The notes beneath the pieces are model-generated. The model was not told the DNA's origin. It did not search any database and worked only from the letters and a program-made list of their open reading frames with translations. DNA of 63,969 nucleotides, filler included, from Octopus bimaculoides (Eukaryota), in NCBI RefSeq assembly GCF_001194135.2. It is 7 parts of 7 records of this genome, joined end to end, with 100 filler letters (N's around TTAATTAATTAA, not from the genome) between each part and the next. Parts side by side here need not be neighbours in the genome. Positions count along the whole stretch, not along the records: positions 9,589 to 38,737 come from NC_068982.1; 6 more parts are not named here. The stretch is one strand, 5' to 3'. Positions 11,259 to 23,130 of the stretch are shown piece by piece; the stretch's first letter is position 1, and each line of letters begins with the position of its first letter. The position numbers were made by a program, and so were the translations under genes.

Positions 11259-11800
11259 TTGCGTTCTCGTTTAAAGAATTCCTGGCTTATTTGTCTAAAC
11301 ATTCATGGATCCTGCAGCTATAGCGCGGCCCGGTTCCTTCGACATGCCGCTAAGAATGACATAATTAGAAGGGTTGTTGACACGGCCGGCTTCCCATCAC
11401 AATTGGAACCAGCAGATCTTGACTGCAGGGATGGTAAGCACCCCGATGGAATAACCCTCTTCTCAAACGATGAAGGCAGATCCCTAATCTGGGATGCGAC
11501 TCGTTCCCTGACTCCAACGTTGCTGCATCGGCTGCAAACCAGGGTATCGTCGTCCGATACGCAGAGGAGACGGGGAAAAAATAAACAATTACAAGAGACT
11601 GACCGGCCGCTATCAGTTTGTGTCGGTGGCCGTCGAGACCTCAGGTGTTCTTGGACACTGCACTACCGATTTCCTCTGCAAAATCGGTATAACTGCGACC
11701 CTACTGAGAAACGAGCACAATGAGGTGGGGTGGCTGACACTGACCATTCTCTGCGGAAACGCCTTTGCAATCTGCGAGTCTTCGCAAAGCCCACCATTTG
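11259..11800 (+). mobile_element. CRE-clade non-LTR retrotransposon 3' fragment (restriction-like endonuclease)
   Basis: [52 protein letters not shown]: CRE/RLE C-terminal motifs, frameshifted. Confidence 0.85.
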
Positions 11801-12844
11801 TTCTGGGTTGTACAACCCGTCCCCGCTCCGGCCTTCCCCTATTTTCTGCTTAATTCCCTCCTTTTTTCTCTTTCTTTGTTTCCTTGGTGAGGTAGTTATG
11901 GCGGGGGTCTTTCCTGGCAGTTTTTATACTCTTAATGTTTTATATTTCTTTTCTTCCTGTAAAAATATGTTCTTAATAAAATGCATTTATATATTTAAAA
12001 AAAACTGTTTACATCTTACAGAAAATATCTCAAGCATTAAACGCATTAAGAAAGCCAGCGATTTATTTTACAGTTAGTTCTGTCTATAAATGCTTATGAT
12101 AAGCAGTTGTCGACCAAGGTGTGTATAAGAACAAACGTCTATGTTTATAACGAGCATACCTTAAGTAAATAAAATAATAACAATAAATAAATAAATAGCA
12201 GCCAGACTTTACAAATATTAAATGCTAAATTATAAATCTGTTTCGCTGTTTGCTTAATTATTAAATAAAGCTTTATCGGACACCACAACATTCGGTGACT
12301 GAGATATATTTTTGGTTGTGAATTATTAAAATAAGAAGATAGAGTGTCAAGGTATCGGAAGGCAGGTTTAGCGGCTATACATAGATGTAGGTCATGTTGT
12401 GTTTCATATGTCCTGTAAAAGTAAATACGCAAATAAAAACTAATAATAATAATAACAACGAAAAATAGAGTAAGTCGTTCGCATTTCAAATGTTGGTGTA
12501 ATCTGTCATTGGTGGATTGAAACGTGCTTACGCAGAAAATCGCACTAAATACCTTGTTTTTGTTTCGTTGATTTAAATGTGGTGGTGGTGGTGATGGAGG
12601 CGGCGGAGAAATTATCTTTTCTCTTTTGTTTAAACAGCTACCGACTGACTAAAACGTACGCTTAAATTTCGTCTGAGGACATACATACATACACACATAC
12701 ATACATAATACATACATACATACATAATACATGTATAAGTATGTTTATGTATGTATGTATGTATGTATGTATGCATACTCATACACATATACACAGGCAA
12801 ATTACGCAGTCATTTCACCTTTCCTACAAAAACACGTGTCTACA

Positions 12845-12876
<32 letters not shown>

Positions 12877-12883
12877 CATACAT

Positions 12884-13101
12884 GCGGCTTTTTTTCAACA
12901 AATTTTATTCAACAATAACAATATTTAACAAAAACATCTTTAAATGACGGCCTGATCGTCTGCCAAGCAAATGGGAAGCAGTAATTGAAGTAGATGGTGA
13001 ATATGCTCCGGAATAATCATTTAAAGATGCTTTTGTTACATGTTGCTTTTGTTGAATAACATTTAAAAAAAAAGCCGCAATAATCATATACCAACCCAAT
13101 A
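12884..13101 (+). mobile_element. Mariner-derived foldback MITE
   Basis: About 64-bp inverted arms around GLDRLPSKWEAVIEVDGEYAPE-stop; right end taatcatataccaacccaata. Confidence 0.75.
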
Positions 13102-13458
13102 CATACATAGACAGACAAACAGACAGACACGTGTGTGCGTGTGCGTGTGCGTATAAAAATATCTATATGTGTGTGAAATACAAAACATGAAAGAGAATGA
13201 AAGTGAATACGAAAGTAAATAAGCAAGGGAAATACAAATGCCTAAAATCTGTAAAATTGATAAATATATTGGTTGAAAATGAACGATAAGAACAAGTAAC
13301 CAGATGGTAGACCTCAACGTACGGAAATAAATCCTGGTGTTTAGTTTCTTCTGAGTAAATCACGTCCGAACACATGGCTATTGAAGACTTTCTTGTGTGG
13401 TGTTAAGTGTTCTGTTTGAGTGGCAAGATTGGTTTAGGGATGTCTGGTTTAGGATATA

Positions 13459-13700
13459 CAGGGTGTCCATAAATTACTTTTACAATTTGAAAATTCAGAA
13501 ACAAAATTGTTGTACCGCAGTTTCACCATTTGCAACCAACAACCAACAATTATTTTCCAACAAGACGGTGCACCACTCCATTGAGTGTTGTGAGTTTAAG
13601 AGTCTTTTTTATGAAACTTTCCCAAAATCAGTGGATTGGAAGAGTCGGTCCAGTTTAGATAATTCATGGACGCCCAATATGCTGGATTCTCTACGCTAAG
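13459..13700 (+). mobile_element. Degraded Tc1/mariner-superfamily fragment
   Basis: TA + cagggtgtccataa terminus; FYETFPKSVDWKSRSS resembles the ETFPxRWIGR motif. Confidence 0.55.
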
Positions 13701-14423
13701 CCACTCCTACTGTATGCCTCATTATAAAATTTCGCAAGGCGGATATACTGGAAAACTGTTTACTGATGCTGCCAAGAAAACCCTTTAGTATGGTAGACAG
13801 GGTGATTGGGAGCCTTTGTATATATTCTGTTGTATTTCACGAGACTTTTCAGATTGGATTATAAGTACTTGAATTTAAGTTTTATTCAAGAAATTAACAA
13901 TACTAGAATTTTAATGCCGTTTATGTATGTCGTAGAAGTACCATATACTGATATAAACCACTGGACTTGTTGAAGCGCAAGTTGGAATTGATGTCTTGTT
14001 GTCGTCACTAAAAAAAAAATATTTTTCTGTCTGCCACACTATCTATTGGATTGTACTTTTTGTCCTGCAGAATATGTCACACACCTTTCAAATCAAGCAG
14101 GGGGTTAACATTTCGCTCGCTTTCGTCGCCATTTATAATTGTTTACTTTGTCTTTTGACCTTTTTTGCTATTTCAACCACTACCTTCTGATATCCCCATA
14201 ACCCTACCTCCAGTATTTACATGCTGTTTACAGGGGTTTCCTTCTGGTGTCCTGTCTTCTCACGTTGCATATCGATGTTTTTGTAGACAACCCTTACGCT
14301 TACACGATTTTCCTATTGCATTTACCGTCAGCGAGTCTTCTAAACCCACATCATCCACATCAGACATTAATATCCGATGCACACACACACATGCGTACAT
14401 GTGTGTTTGTCTGTGTATTAATA

Positions 14424-15261
14424 CGAGGGTGAGTCAAAAAGTAATGCCATTTTATTTAGGACAAGTATAATTAACAACACAGGGACATGTATCATACATC
14501 AAAATGAAGCTGGTCCTCTGTGGATCATATCCCTACTCCTCAACGTAGTCACCGTTTCTCTCAATAGCAATGTTCCACCTTCGAATGAGAGCATGTATCC
14601 CTGCCCCGTAAAATTCTGTTGACTGACCTTTGAGCCACTTCTTCACTACAGTCTTCACTTCCTCGTCACTGGAATAATGTTTGCCTCTCAGACCCTCTTT
14701 CATGGGGCCGAAGAGTCTGAAGGCGCTAAATCTGACTTTGTTCGAGAGGTTCAGTGCAGGCATTGACCCTGTCAGTCTTGCGTTCGGTAGTCAGCTCTCT
14801 CGGTACCCAACGGGCACACACTTTTGAAAAAGCCAAGTGATTCGACAATGTTGTAAGCACTTCCATGGTTCACTTCAAGGTTTTCTGCCAACTCATCAAG
14901 AGTTATGCGCCTGTCTTCTCTGATCAGAGCATCTGCTTTTGTTTTATTGGCAGGATACACAGAAGCGGACGGACGGCCAGGACGCAGCTACACTCACAGT
15001 TCCCACCTTTTCATCTTTCAGACGACAGACCCACCTGCATACATTGCTATAATTTAAAGTATTGTCCTCAAAGACATTTTGTAATCGTCAATGAATGTTC
15101 ACAGGGGTTTCCCCCTCAGCAACAAGAAATTCAATCACTGCTCTTTGCTTTTGACATAACTCTAAGCGGGAAACCATTTTGAATTTTCCTTACCAGTCTA
15201 AAAACCTGAAAAGTAAGAAACAAAATATTTCAGAACGTAAATGATATAATCATTTATAACT
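14424..15261 (-). mobile_element. Internally deleted mariner element (other end probably in the gap)
   Basis: TA + cgagggtgagtcaaaaagtaatg TIR; N-terminal MVSRLELCQKQRAVIEFLVAEGETPVNIH, HTH region ALIREDRRITLDELAENL, C-terminal LFGPMKEGLRGKHY...RWNIAIERNGDYVEE. Confidence 0.92.
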
Positions 15262-15884
15262 NNNNNNNNNNNNNNNNNNNNNNNNNNNNNNNNNNNNNNN
15301 NNNNNNNNNNNNNNNNNNNNNNNNNNNNNNNNNNNNNNNNNNNNNNNNNNNNNNNNNNNNNNNNNNNNNNNNNNNNNNNNNNNNNNNNNNNNNNNNNNNN
15401 NNNNNNNNNNNNNNNNNNNNNNNNNNNNNNNNNNNNNNNNNNNNNNNNNNNNNNNNNNNNNNNNNNNNNNNNNNNNNNNNNNNNNNNNNNNNNNNNNNNN
15501 NNNNNNNNNNNNNNNNNNNNNNNNNNNNNNNNNNNNNNNNNNNNNNNNNNNNNNNNNNNNNNNNNNNNNNNNNNNNNNNNNNNNNNNNNNNNNNNNNNNN
15601 NNNNNNNNNNNNNNNNNNNNNNNNNNNNNNNNNNNNNNNNNNNNNNNNNNNNNNNNNNNNNNNNNNNNNNNNNNNNNNNNNNNNNNNNNNNNNNNNNNNN
15701 NNNNNNNNNNNNNNNNNNNNNNNNNNNNNNNNNNNNNNNNNNNNNNNNNNNNNNNNNNNNNNNNNNNNNNNNNNNNNNNNNNNNNNNNNNNNNNNNNNNN
15801 NNNNNNNNNNNNNNNNNNNNNNNNNNNNNNNNNNNNNNNNNNNNNNNNNNNNNNNNNNNNNNNNNNNNNNNNNNNNNNATTCAT

Positions 15885-16499
15885 TGCTTAATTACCTTTG
15901 CTTGATAAAATCAGATTGGTAAGAAGGGTGGTTTTTGGACACCCTGCGTGGTGAAAATCAAGTACCGTCAAAGGTTGGATGCCTCCAGGAGAGTCAACGG
16001 CCACCCAATGATGTGAGACACACACACACACACAAACAATTCTCACTGGATGGAGTACATTTTTGCTGATCCCTAAACAAATGCTGTTTGGGGAATTTGT
16101 TAGTGGAAGGAGACTCCGGCAGAAACCAAGGCTGCGATTTAAGGACTGTGTGAAGTCCTCATTAAAGGCCTGTGATATGCAGGAAACCGACTGGGAAAGC
16201 AATACCAGTCATCGCCACGGATGGAGGAAGCAGGTTAAGGAGGGGGTCGACACTTTTGAGAGAGCACGTATCCAGCATGAAGAACTTAAGCGAGCTGTGT
16301 GAAAGCGCACGGCTCGTATAGTGAATGGGGAAAGCTTGGTCTGCAATGTTTGCAGTCGTGTATGCTTATCAAGAGCAGGGCTCATTAGCCACCAGCGGAG
16401 CCGCAAATGCAAAATATAAGTTAGTCCTAGAGCGCACAATGTTCCTGAAGGTCAGCAATGGTTTTCTTCGGTCACGAGTGGACGGCCATCATCATCACG
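15885..16499 (+). mobile_element. RTE-BovB-like LINE 3' end
   Basis: IPKQMLFGEF..GRR..KPRLRFKDCVKSSLK, C-terminal CNVCSRVCLSRAGLISH zinc finger, (CAT)n tail. Confidence 0.9.
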
Positions 16500-17022
16500 T
16501 ATGTATGTATGTATGTATGTATGTATGTATGTATGTATGCATGTATGTATGCATGCATGAATGTATGTATATATGTATAAATGTATGTATGAATGAATGA
16601 ATGAATGAATGTATTGTGTGGATGGATGTATTGTATGTATGTATGTATATAAAAGCTCCGAACGTGTCTTGTATGACAAACTCTCTACTAGAGTCGACGA
16701 CCATATTGTTGGTCTGTCTTCCTGTCTCTTCTATTCAATCGGGGATTATTTCATAACCGACACTTTCCATTGTAGTGACTATTGACGCACTCTTTCTCTC
16801 ACTCTCTCTCTTTCTCTCTCCGACCCACATTCTCTCCTGTGTATAATATCAAGGCTTGGTTCTTTCCACCCACACTGTTATGTTTTTGTTTCCTACCGTA
16901 AATCAATGACCTACTTATTAGTACTTCTAACAAAACACACACGCATTACTACCTTGACCCAGCTGCGTAACACTCCTCTCTGACATTTTTCATACAAACG
17001 TCAATACACACACACATACATG

Positions 17023-17055
<33 letters not shown>

Positions 17056-17159
17056 TTACACATACACACATAATTGGCATACACTCCTTGAGCAAGGATT
17101 GCGTTGGTTTTATAGACATGTCAATCCATAATTGTCTCGTATCAAGAGAGAATTCTTTT

Positions 17160-17368
17160 CTCCTCTAGGCACAAGCCCGAAATATTTGAGGAGGGGTCCA
17201 GTCGATTAGATTGACTCCAGTACGCAACTGGTACTTAATTTATCGACCCTGAAAGGATGAAAGGCAAAGTCGACCTCGGTGGAATTTGAACTCAGAACGT
17301 AACGCCAGACGAAATACCGCTAAGCATTTCGCCCGGCGTGCTAACGTTTCTGCCAGCTCGCCGCCTTG
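17160..17368 (-). mobile_element. Family A SINE, CpG-intact copy
   Basis: ctggtacttaatttatcgaccctgaaaggatgaaaggcaaagtcgacctcggtggaatttgaactcagaacg. Confidence 0.9.
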
Positions 17369-18019
17369 TATCAAGAGATTACTACACAAACGAAATAGAC
17401 TGCACCTTCCCTATACAGGTGCAGGCATGGCTGTGTGTTTGAGAAGCTCGCTTTTCAACCACATGGTTCCAGGTTCAATTCCACTTGGGTACTTGGTGGG
17501 GGGGAACCACTAAAAGTTCCATCTATATATGTGTATATCAAAAGAAGTCAACGTAGCGCAATCTAACGCTCCTCTTAAAATACGCAGAGGAATACTAACG
17601 GACTACTCAGTGAAAATAGTGCTGTTTAGAGCAAAATTTAGAGAACCCGTTTATGGTTGGTAAACTTCCTTTCAAAACGACGCAATATTGTACTGAGAGC
17701 TTATACTCATGATCACAACTACTTGTAGGGTCAATGCCGGCCTGTGTGGTTTCCGTAGATGTGGTCACCTCCATTTTCCCCGGCTGCTATTCTGGTCTGA
17801 TCATAGGCAAAGGATTTCGTTGATCTCTCGAACTACAACCAAAAATGTGACTGATACAACTGTATATTCGGTCCGTTTACAGATAAATGGCAGAAGTACC
17901 GATAGTTTGAGATCGCAAACAGTCGAAGGATTGTTAAGCCTTTCGAGAAGCTTGAACTAGTGGCCCTGACCAGCCGGAGCATTAAGGATAATGTAATTCA
18001 TCTCAACAAGAGCTGTCTA

Positions 18020-18330
18020 AAGACTTGTGAATGGTAAACGGAAATTGTGTGGAAGCCCACCGCGTATACGTGTGCGTATTGGGCATGTGTATGTATGTAT
18101 ATATATGTGTGTGTATGTGTGTTTGTCTCCTCACACCGTTTGACAACTGTGTTGGTTTGTTTACGTTCCCGTAGCCTAGTAGTTCAGCTTAAGACACCGA
18201 TAGAATAAGTTCCAGATTTTAAAAAATAAAAGTATTGGAAGGTGGTCCATTTGTTCGGCTAAAACCCTTCAAGGCGGTGCTCCAACATGGCCGCAGTCCA
18301 ATGAGCGAAAAACGTAAAAAATAAAGATAA
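18020..18330 (+). mobile_element. SINE family B 3' part
   Basis: aaacggaaattgtgtggaagccc...caaggcggtgctccaacatggccgcagtccaatga. Confidence 0.75.
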
Positions 18331-19469
18331 AATTGAAACCTTCAACGATATGCATGCTATTCCACGTAATTTTATTTTCATATACAACTGTAATGGTTAG
18401 TTCTTCGTTGTAGTCGAGGGTCACCAATTGTAGTCGATGGATGTCACAACTGTTCATGCGAAGATGAAGGCTGCAATTCTTTAACTCGGAGTTACTAATT
18501 GTAACGATAGTTGAGGTGGAACCAGTGGCCACCAGTGTAATGGTATTTGTGATGATATATGTTCGAGTTGGCAGTTAGCGACTGTAACGAGTGTTGCTGT
18601 TGCAGATGTGCAAGATGAACGAAGAACAGTGATCGGAGTTGTAAAGAAATATTTATTTACCGTTACTTTGTATACATCCAAAATCACGATGGGTTGGTAT
18701 GTATAATTAGTAAATGGAAAAGCATGCGAGACAAAAAGAGTTCATTTCAGCCGGTAGGTGTGTACACGTCCTTATTGTAGTAATAAACCATAGCATGATG
18801 TTGTAAGAGAAAAGAAAAGTGAGCGAGTGAAAGTTATAGAGTCGAGGGACGTTGTGTCTCCTAGTTGGCTGGTTGTAACCTTCTTTCTCCCTCTGACCGT
18901 TTGTCTTTAGTGGCTGCCTGCTTGTGACCATGACTCTAGCTGTCCGTTTACTAACTAATGGTCGCTCTCACTAACTGATTTTGCTTTACCAAATTCTAGT
19001 ATTTATAACTATCCAAAACCAGCTAGAAGGATAGCCATATTGTTGAGAACAATAGGCTTCGTTGGGGGTCTGTTATCTCTATTCTAGAAGAGGTTAGAAG
19101 GGTCAAGTGGTAAAGACACCTGGCAAATGTAACTTCTGTTACTCACAGAAAAGCTATTGTTTTACCGTGAGAAAAGTGCTGTTGAACTGTTAAGAGAAAT
19201 TTGGCAATCAAGGATCGAATCCACGCTATGCCTGCCTGAAGTTACTACACAACATATAAACATGTACATCTTTTGGAACATTGTCATTTTATAAGATTTT
19301 GCTGGCAAATCTTTAAATTAACATAAACATTTATTTTACATGAAAGAAAATTACCGGAGAACTTTCAACTAATTCTTCCGAAACTTTCTGTTAAAACTGT
19401 ATTGAAACCATTTGTGGGGAATTCTTTTTCTTATCACAGAAACTGATCGCACACCAACAAGATTCAACG

Positions 19470-19610
19470 GAACCTACCGAAGCAAAACAGCACGATCGCA
19501 GGATTACCACGGGTGATGGCAAGGCTAAGGCGTTGGGACAGCCAAGCGCCCTCACGGGCATGCTTGGTTTTGTAGTCTCTGATGATGTCTTCAAGCGACC
19601 GCACACGTGC
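19470..19610 (-). mobile_element. CRE-clade retrotransposon extreme 3' fragment
   Basis: Minus-strand translation AREGAWLSQRLSLAITRGNPAIVL-stop (the QRLSxAIxRGN motif). Confidence 0.75.
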
Positions 19611-19669
19611 CATATTACCAAACCATTAAACTCTCTCTTCAAGACCATTCCTTTGTGGTATACACGTTA

Positions 19670-19990
19670 GATTCTTCTTCTTTGGGTGCCATGTCCAGAA
19701 CGTAGGACATAGGCGATCCTGTCCTGCCACAGTTTTCTGTAACAATTCCACTTCTTCCTGATGTTCAACGCTTCTTTTTTCCCAACCAATTCTTCAAGCT
19801 TGACATCTGTGTCATCCTTCTCCTTCCTCTGCTTCTTTCCCCTTCAATCTTTCCAGTCATTGCTAAATTCTCCAGGCCCTCTTTCCTTATCTCGTGACCG
19901 AAAAATCTCAGTTTCTTGGCCCTTATCTCATGCACATATCTAAGATGGCGCGTCTCTTCCCATTCAATCGTATTAGACCATATCTCAAAA
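19670..19990 (-). mobile_element. RTE-clade LINE 3' end
   Basis: KKLRFFGHEIRKEGLENLAMTGKIEGERSRGRRR; (GAA)n tail. Confidence 0.85.
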
Positions 19991-20104
19991 CAAAACCATT
20001 TGGCCGATAGATAAAGCTTTTGCTAACATACAATATATCTTTGCCTATGTGCACACTATTTCTTCTCTGTGCACACTATTTCTTACCACTATGATGACCT
20101 CTAT

Positions 20105-20255
20105 CAGGGCCGGCCCTACGGTTGCTGGCGCCCGGGCAAGCTGAACTTCGGCGCCCTTACAAGTACAATTTTTTAAAAACTTTCACAAAGAGAAAAACTG
20201 AAAATGTAGACTAAAAAGCACAAGGCACCTTGGGTGGTGCCTTGAGCCGTCCCTG
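20105..20255. mobile_element. Small hAT-type MITE
   Basis: TIRs cagggccggccc / gagccgtccctg; flanks acctctat / gcctctgt (6 of 8 match). Confidence 0.65.
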
Positions 20256-20329
20256 GCCTCTGTTCTTGACCACTAGCGATCTCTTGAGTATCACCCGATG
20301 TATTCATCTCTTCTCCACTCAATCCTTTA

Positions 20330-20635
20330 TCCTCAGTGGCGAAGCTATTCGGCTCACGATCGTCAAGTCATGAGTTGTATCCTTGAGCAAGACACTTTAT
20401 TTCACGTTGCTCCAGTCCACTCAGCTGGCAAAATGAATTGTACCAGTAATTCAAAGGATCAGTCTTCGTCACATTCTGTGTCACGCTGAATCTCTCTCAG
20501 AACTTACGTTAGGAGTACAATGTTTCTGTGGAGTACTCAGTCACTTGATCGTTTATTTCACGATCAGGTTGTTCCGGTGATCAGATCAACTGGAACCCTC
20601 ATCGTCGTAACCGACAAAATACCAGTTTATCCTCA
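20330..20635 (+). mobile_element. SINE family D
   Basis: ttgagcaagacactttatttcacgttgctccagtccactcagctggcaaaatga...cagatcaactggaaccctcatcgtcgtaacc. Confidence 0.8.
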
Positions 20636-21239
20636 CTGCTTGGAATACGACACGTTGGCACATCCCTCCTCATGTTCCAATTTTCGCTACGTAACTTCAA
20701 AATGAACGCCAGCTGCCTCGTTCTCACAAATTTGTTGAGATCCGCAACGTTCATGAACGCTGCCTCTTTTTCGTCCGGCTAAAATGTACAAAAAAAAAAA
20801 ATACTTTCTTGGATATTAAACCATGGGGTGTACACGGAATAAGAAGAACCCAATCAATAATATATCTGTTTATTCTCAATACATTCAGGTAGATTCGTTA
20901 TTGTTATCCGTCATCGGAGAATACGAACCCTCTTTAAATCAGCGGTTCTCAACTGTTTTTCACTTATGGACACCTTTTGTTACAATTTTATCCTGGCGGA
21001 CTCCCAGTTATTCGACATTTAAAAGCTAGTCTTATAGATCCTTCTTTCAAAATTCCTAATGGATAGTTTTATACATCCTTCTTTCAAAATTTCTATTTTG
21101 TTTGTCACCCATTCACTTGCTTAGGTTTGCAATAGAATTCCCTGGAAGAACATATTGCAGTGGCCAGAAACACGTTGAACTATATTAATCTTAAGAGAAA
21201 GGAGCTGAACTGTTTCTTGCGATAACTAAAGTAAAATTT

Positions 21240-21827
21240 GGATCTTTTTTAAAACGGGGGCCACATTTTTCATTAATGTTTTACGTAGTGTTTTTGCTAC
21301 CGAAAGACTTTCAAACTTCGTATACTTATCTATTTTGTGTTATAGAACAGAAAAATATTTTTGTATTCGAATTTATTTCATGTAAAAAATTGTCTTATTT
21401 CGATAATTTCAACCAATCACTGACAAGTATTCAGTTGTTTATATTTACTCCTTTGGCTGATTAAGCGGTGTAAAGCGTATTTAATTTCCATAGCTTCGTT
21501 TTGCTTTTTTCTTTTTAAATTTGCTGTTTTACCCTAACCCTAACCCTAACCCTAACCCTAACCCTAACCCTAACCCTATCACCGATAGAATTGTTTCAGA
21601 ATCGTTTGTTTATGTAGTCGGCACTTAATGTATATCGGCTGAATGGACGTCAGTGATTGGTTGAAATTACAGAAATACGACAAATTTAACATGGAATAAC
21701 TTAGGGATTTCTTTTTTTTAAAGAAGACTAAGAGAAAAAGATGTTTTATATGACACATTCTACCAGTGTTCCAAGTTTCAAAGTGTTTCGTTAATGAAAA
21801 ATGTGGCCCCCGTTTTAAAAAAGATCC
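21240..21827. mobile_element. Nested foldback MITE (possibly MULE-like) carrying telomeric repeats
   Basis: About 36-bp TIRs ggatctttttt aaaacgggggccacatttttcattaa; perfect 8-bp TSD TAAAATTT; superfamily is inference. Confidence 0.85.
21532..21578. repeat. Interstitial telomeric repeat (CCCTAA)7
   Basis: Direct: seven perfect ccctaa units then ccctat. Confidence 0.95.
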
Positions 21828-22630
21828 TAAAATTTTTCTTAGACCCTTAGAACACTTCTGAGAATTCCCTATTTTCGAATTTGCTTGGGTGGACCCCAAA
21901 ACTCTTATGTAGACCATCTTATGGACCCTGGTTAAGAACAATTACTTTAAATGATGTCTGTCCAAAACACACGCGATTCACCAAACAGCTTACACTATTT
22001 AGTCACATTCTTAACGGTCCTGAGTTCAAATCTCGCCAGGGTTGTTTGTGACTTTCACCTTCTCTGTGCTCATCAAAATTACGAATTAAGTACCAGTAAT
22101 ATAATGGATTCAACCGGTGCATTTGTATCTTTTGCTACACATCTATGATCCCGAGAGTGGCTTTACAGGGTTGTTTGGTTAGCTAGAAATAAGTAGTCTT
22201 TAAAAGGGTCAAGTTGGATAACGTAGTGGTGATGGTGGCGGGGTTAACGTGTCCTGAAATTCAAGGAAGAGGTGGTCGTCAATGGAACGATTTCGAGATT
22301 ATAGGTTTGTTAGACCAGCGCTGACCTGGGGCTAAACAAGCAACAGCCATCACGATCACAACATCCATAACAACAACAACAACAGCAACATTCGCTGCTG
22401 TAGCTTCCTGCCAATATTAAAAATCAATATTTCAAGCATTAGTCAGCCAAAGTTAGATGATGTCAATCAACAAGGTGATCGATGACCAATCAATACACTG
22501 ACTCCCTGCCTACCCCCCTCACCCCCGTGTCACTTCCACATTTCCTTTCTGGTCATTTTTATTAAGAATTACAAATCTGCTAATGAACTTTTCTCACAAA
22601 TTACTCACTCGCTGACTTACTGAGCGCTAG

Positions 22631-22644
22631 GTTACCACGGCAAC
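22631..22644. promoter_or_regulatory. RFX X-box, candidate promoter
   Basis: GTTACCACGGCAAC fits GTNRCCN0-3RGYAAC; CCAAT at 22486; CpG-rich unique sequence. Confidence 0.5.
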
Positions 22645-22789
22645 GCCATTGTTGTTTCTCAGTTACGAGGGATTAATAAATTAATACTCAAAGGAGATTA
22701 TCTTATTTATACACCACCTCCCCACCCCACTCTTGCTCTGTTGTTTTATTGCATTCATGTGAGCTTAGGAAAAGATGGCAGATGTTCTA

Positions 22790-22834
22790 CTGTTGCTGCC
22801 ACTACTACTACTACTACTATTACTACAGCTGCTG

Positions 22835-22869
<35 letters not shown>

Positions 22870-22910
22870 GCTACTGCTGCTGCTGCTGTTGCTACTACTA
22901 TCACTACTAT
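22790..22910. repeat. Compound (CTA)n/(CTG)n microsatellite
   Basis: Direct; explains the poly-T, poly-Y, poly-L and poly-S ORFs. Confidence 0.95.
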
Positions 22911-22911
22911 C

Positions 22912-23130
22912 CGCTACCCTGGGCGAAACGCTTAGTAGCATTTCGTCTGTCCTCACGGTTCTGAGTTCAAATTCCGCCGAGGTCAACTTTGCCTTTCATC
23001 CTTTTGGGGAGAGGGTGGTGGTGGTGGTGGTGGAGTCGATAAAATAAGTACCAGTTGAACACTGGGGGTCGATGTAATCAACTTACTCTCTCCCCCCCGA
23101 ACTTGCTGGCCTTGTGCAAAAATTTGAAAA
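22912..23130 (+). mobile_element. Family A SINE
   Basis: gggcgaaacgcttagtagcatttcg...gagttcaaattccgccgaggtcaactttgcctttcatcc. Confidence 0.88.

Larger units (their letters stand above)
20940..21944. mobile_element. hAT-type MITE (outer host of a nested insertion)
   Basis: cagcggttctcaac / gttaagaacaatta ends with a perfect 8-bp TSD CTTTAAAT (20932-20939 and 21945-21952). Confidence 0.85.

Noticed and set aside
10354-11274. Long ORFs of 100-300 aa here and at 15198, 28861, 39692, 41419 and 43310
   Set aside because: They are open only because they cross N gaps
19395-19670. C2H2-like pattern CIETICGEFFFLSQKLIAHQQ on +
   Set aside because: Lacks the final His, ATG and acceptor; most of the frame is antisense to a CRE fragment
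21532-21578. Telomeric repeats as a chromosome end or fusion site
   Set aside because: Short and enclosed in a TIR/TSD-bounded element; kept only as a MITE feature
22741-23047. Homopolymeric or dipeptide ORFs (poly-T/L/Y/S, YI, HT, CV) here and throughout
   Set aside because: Translations of microsatellites
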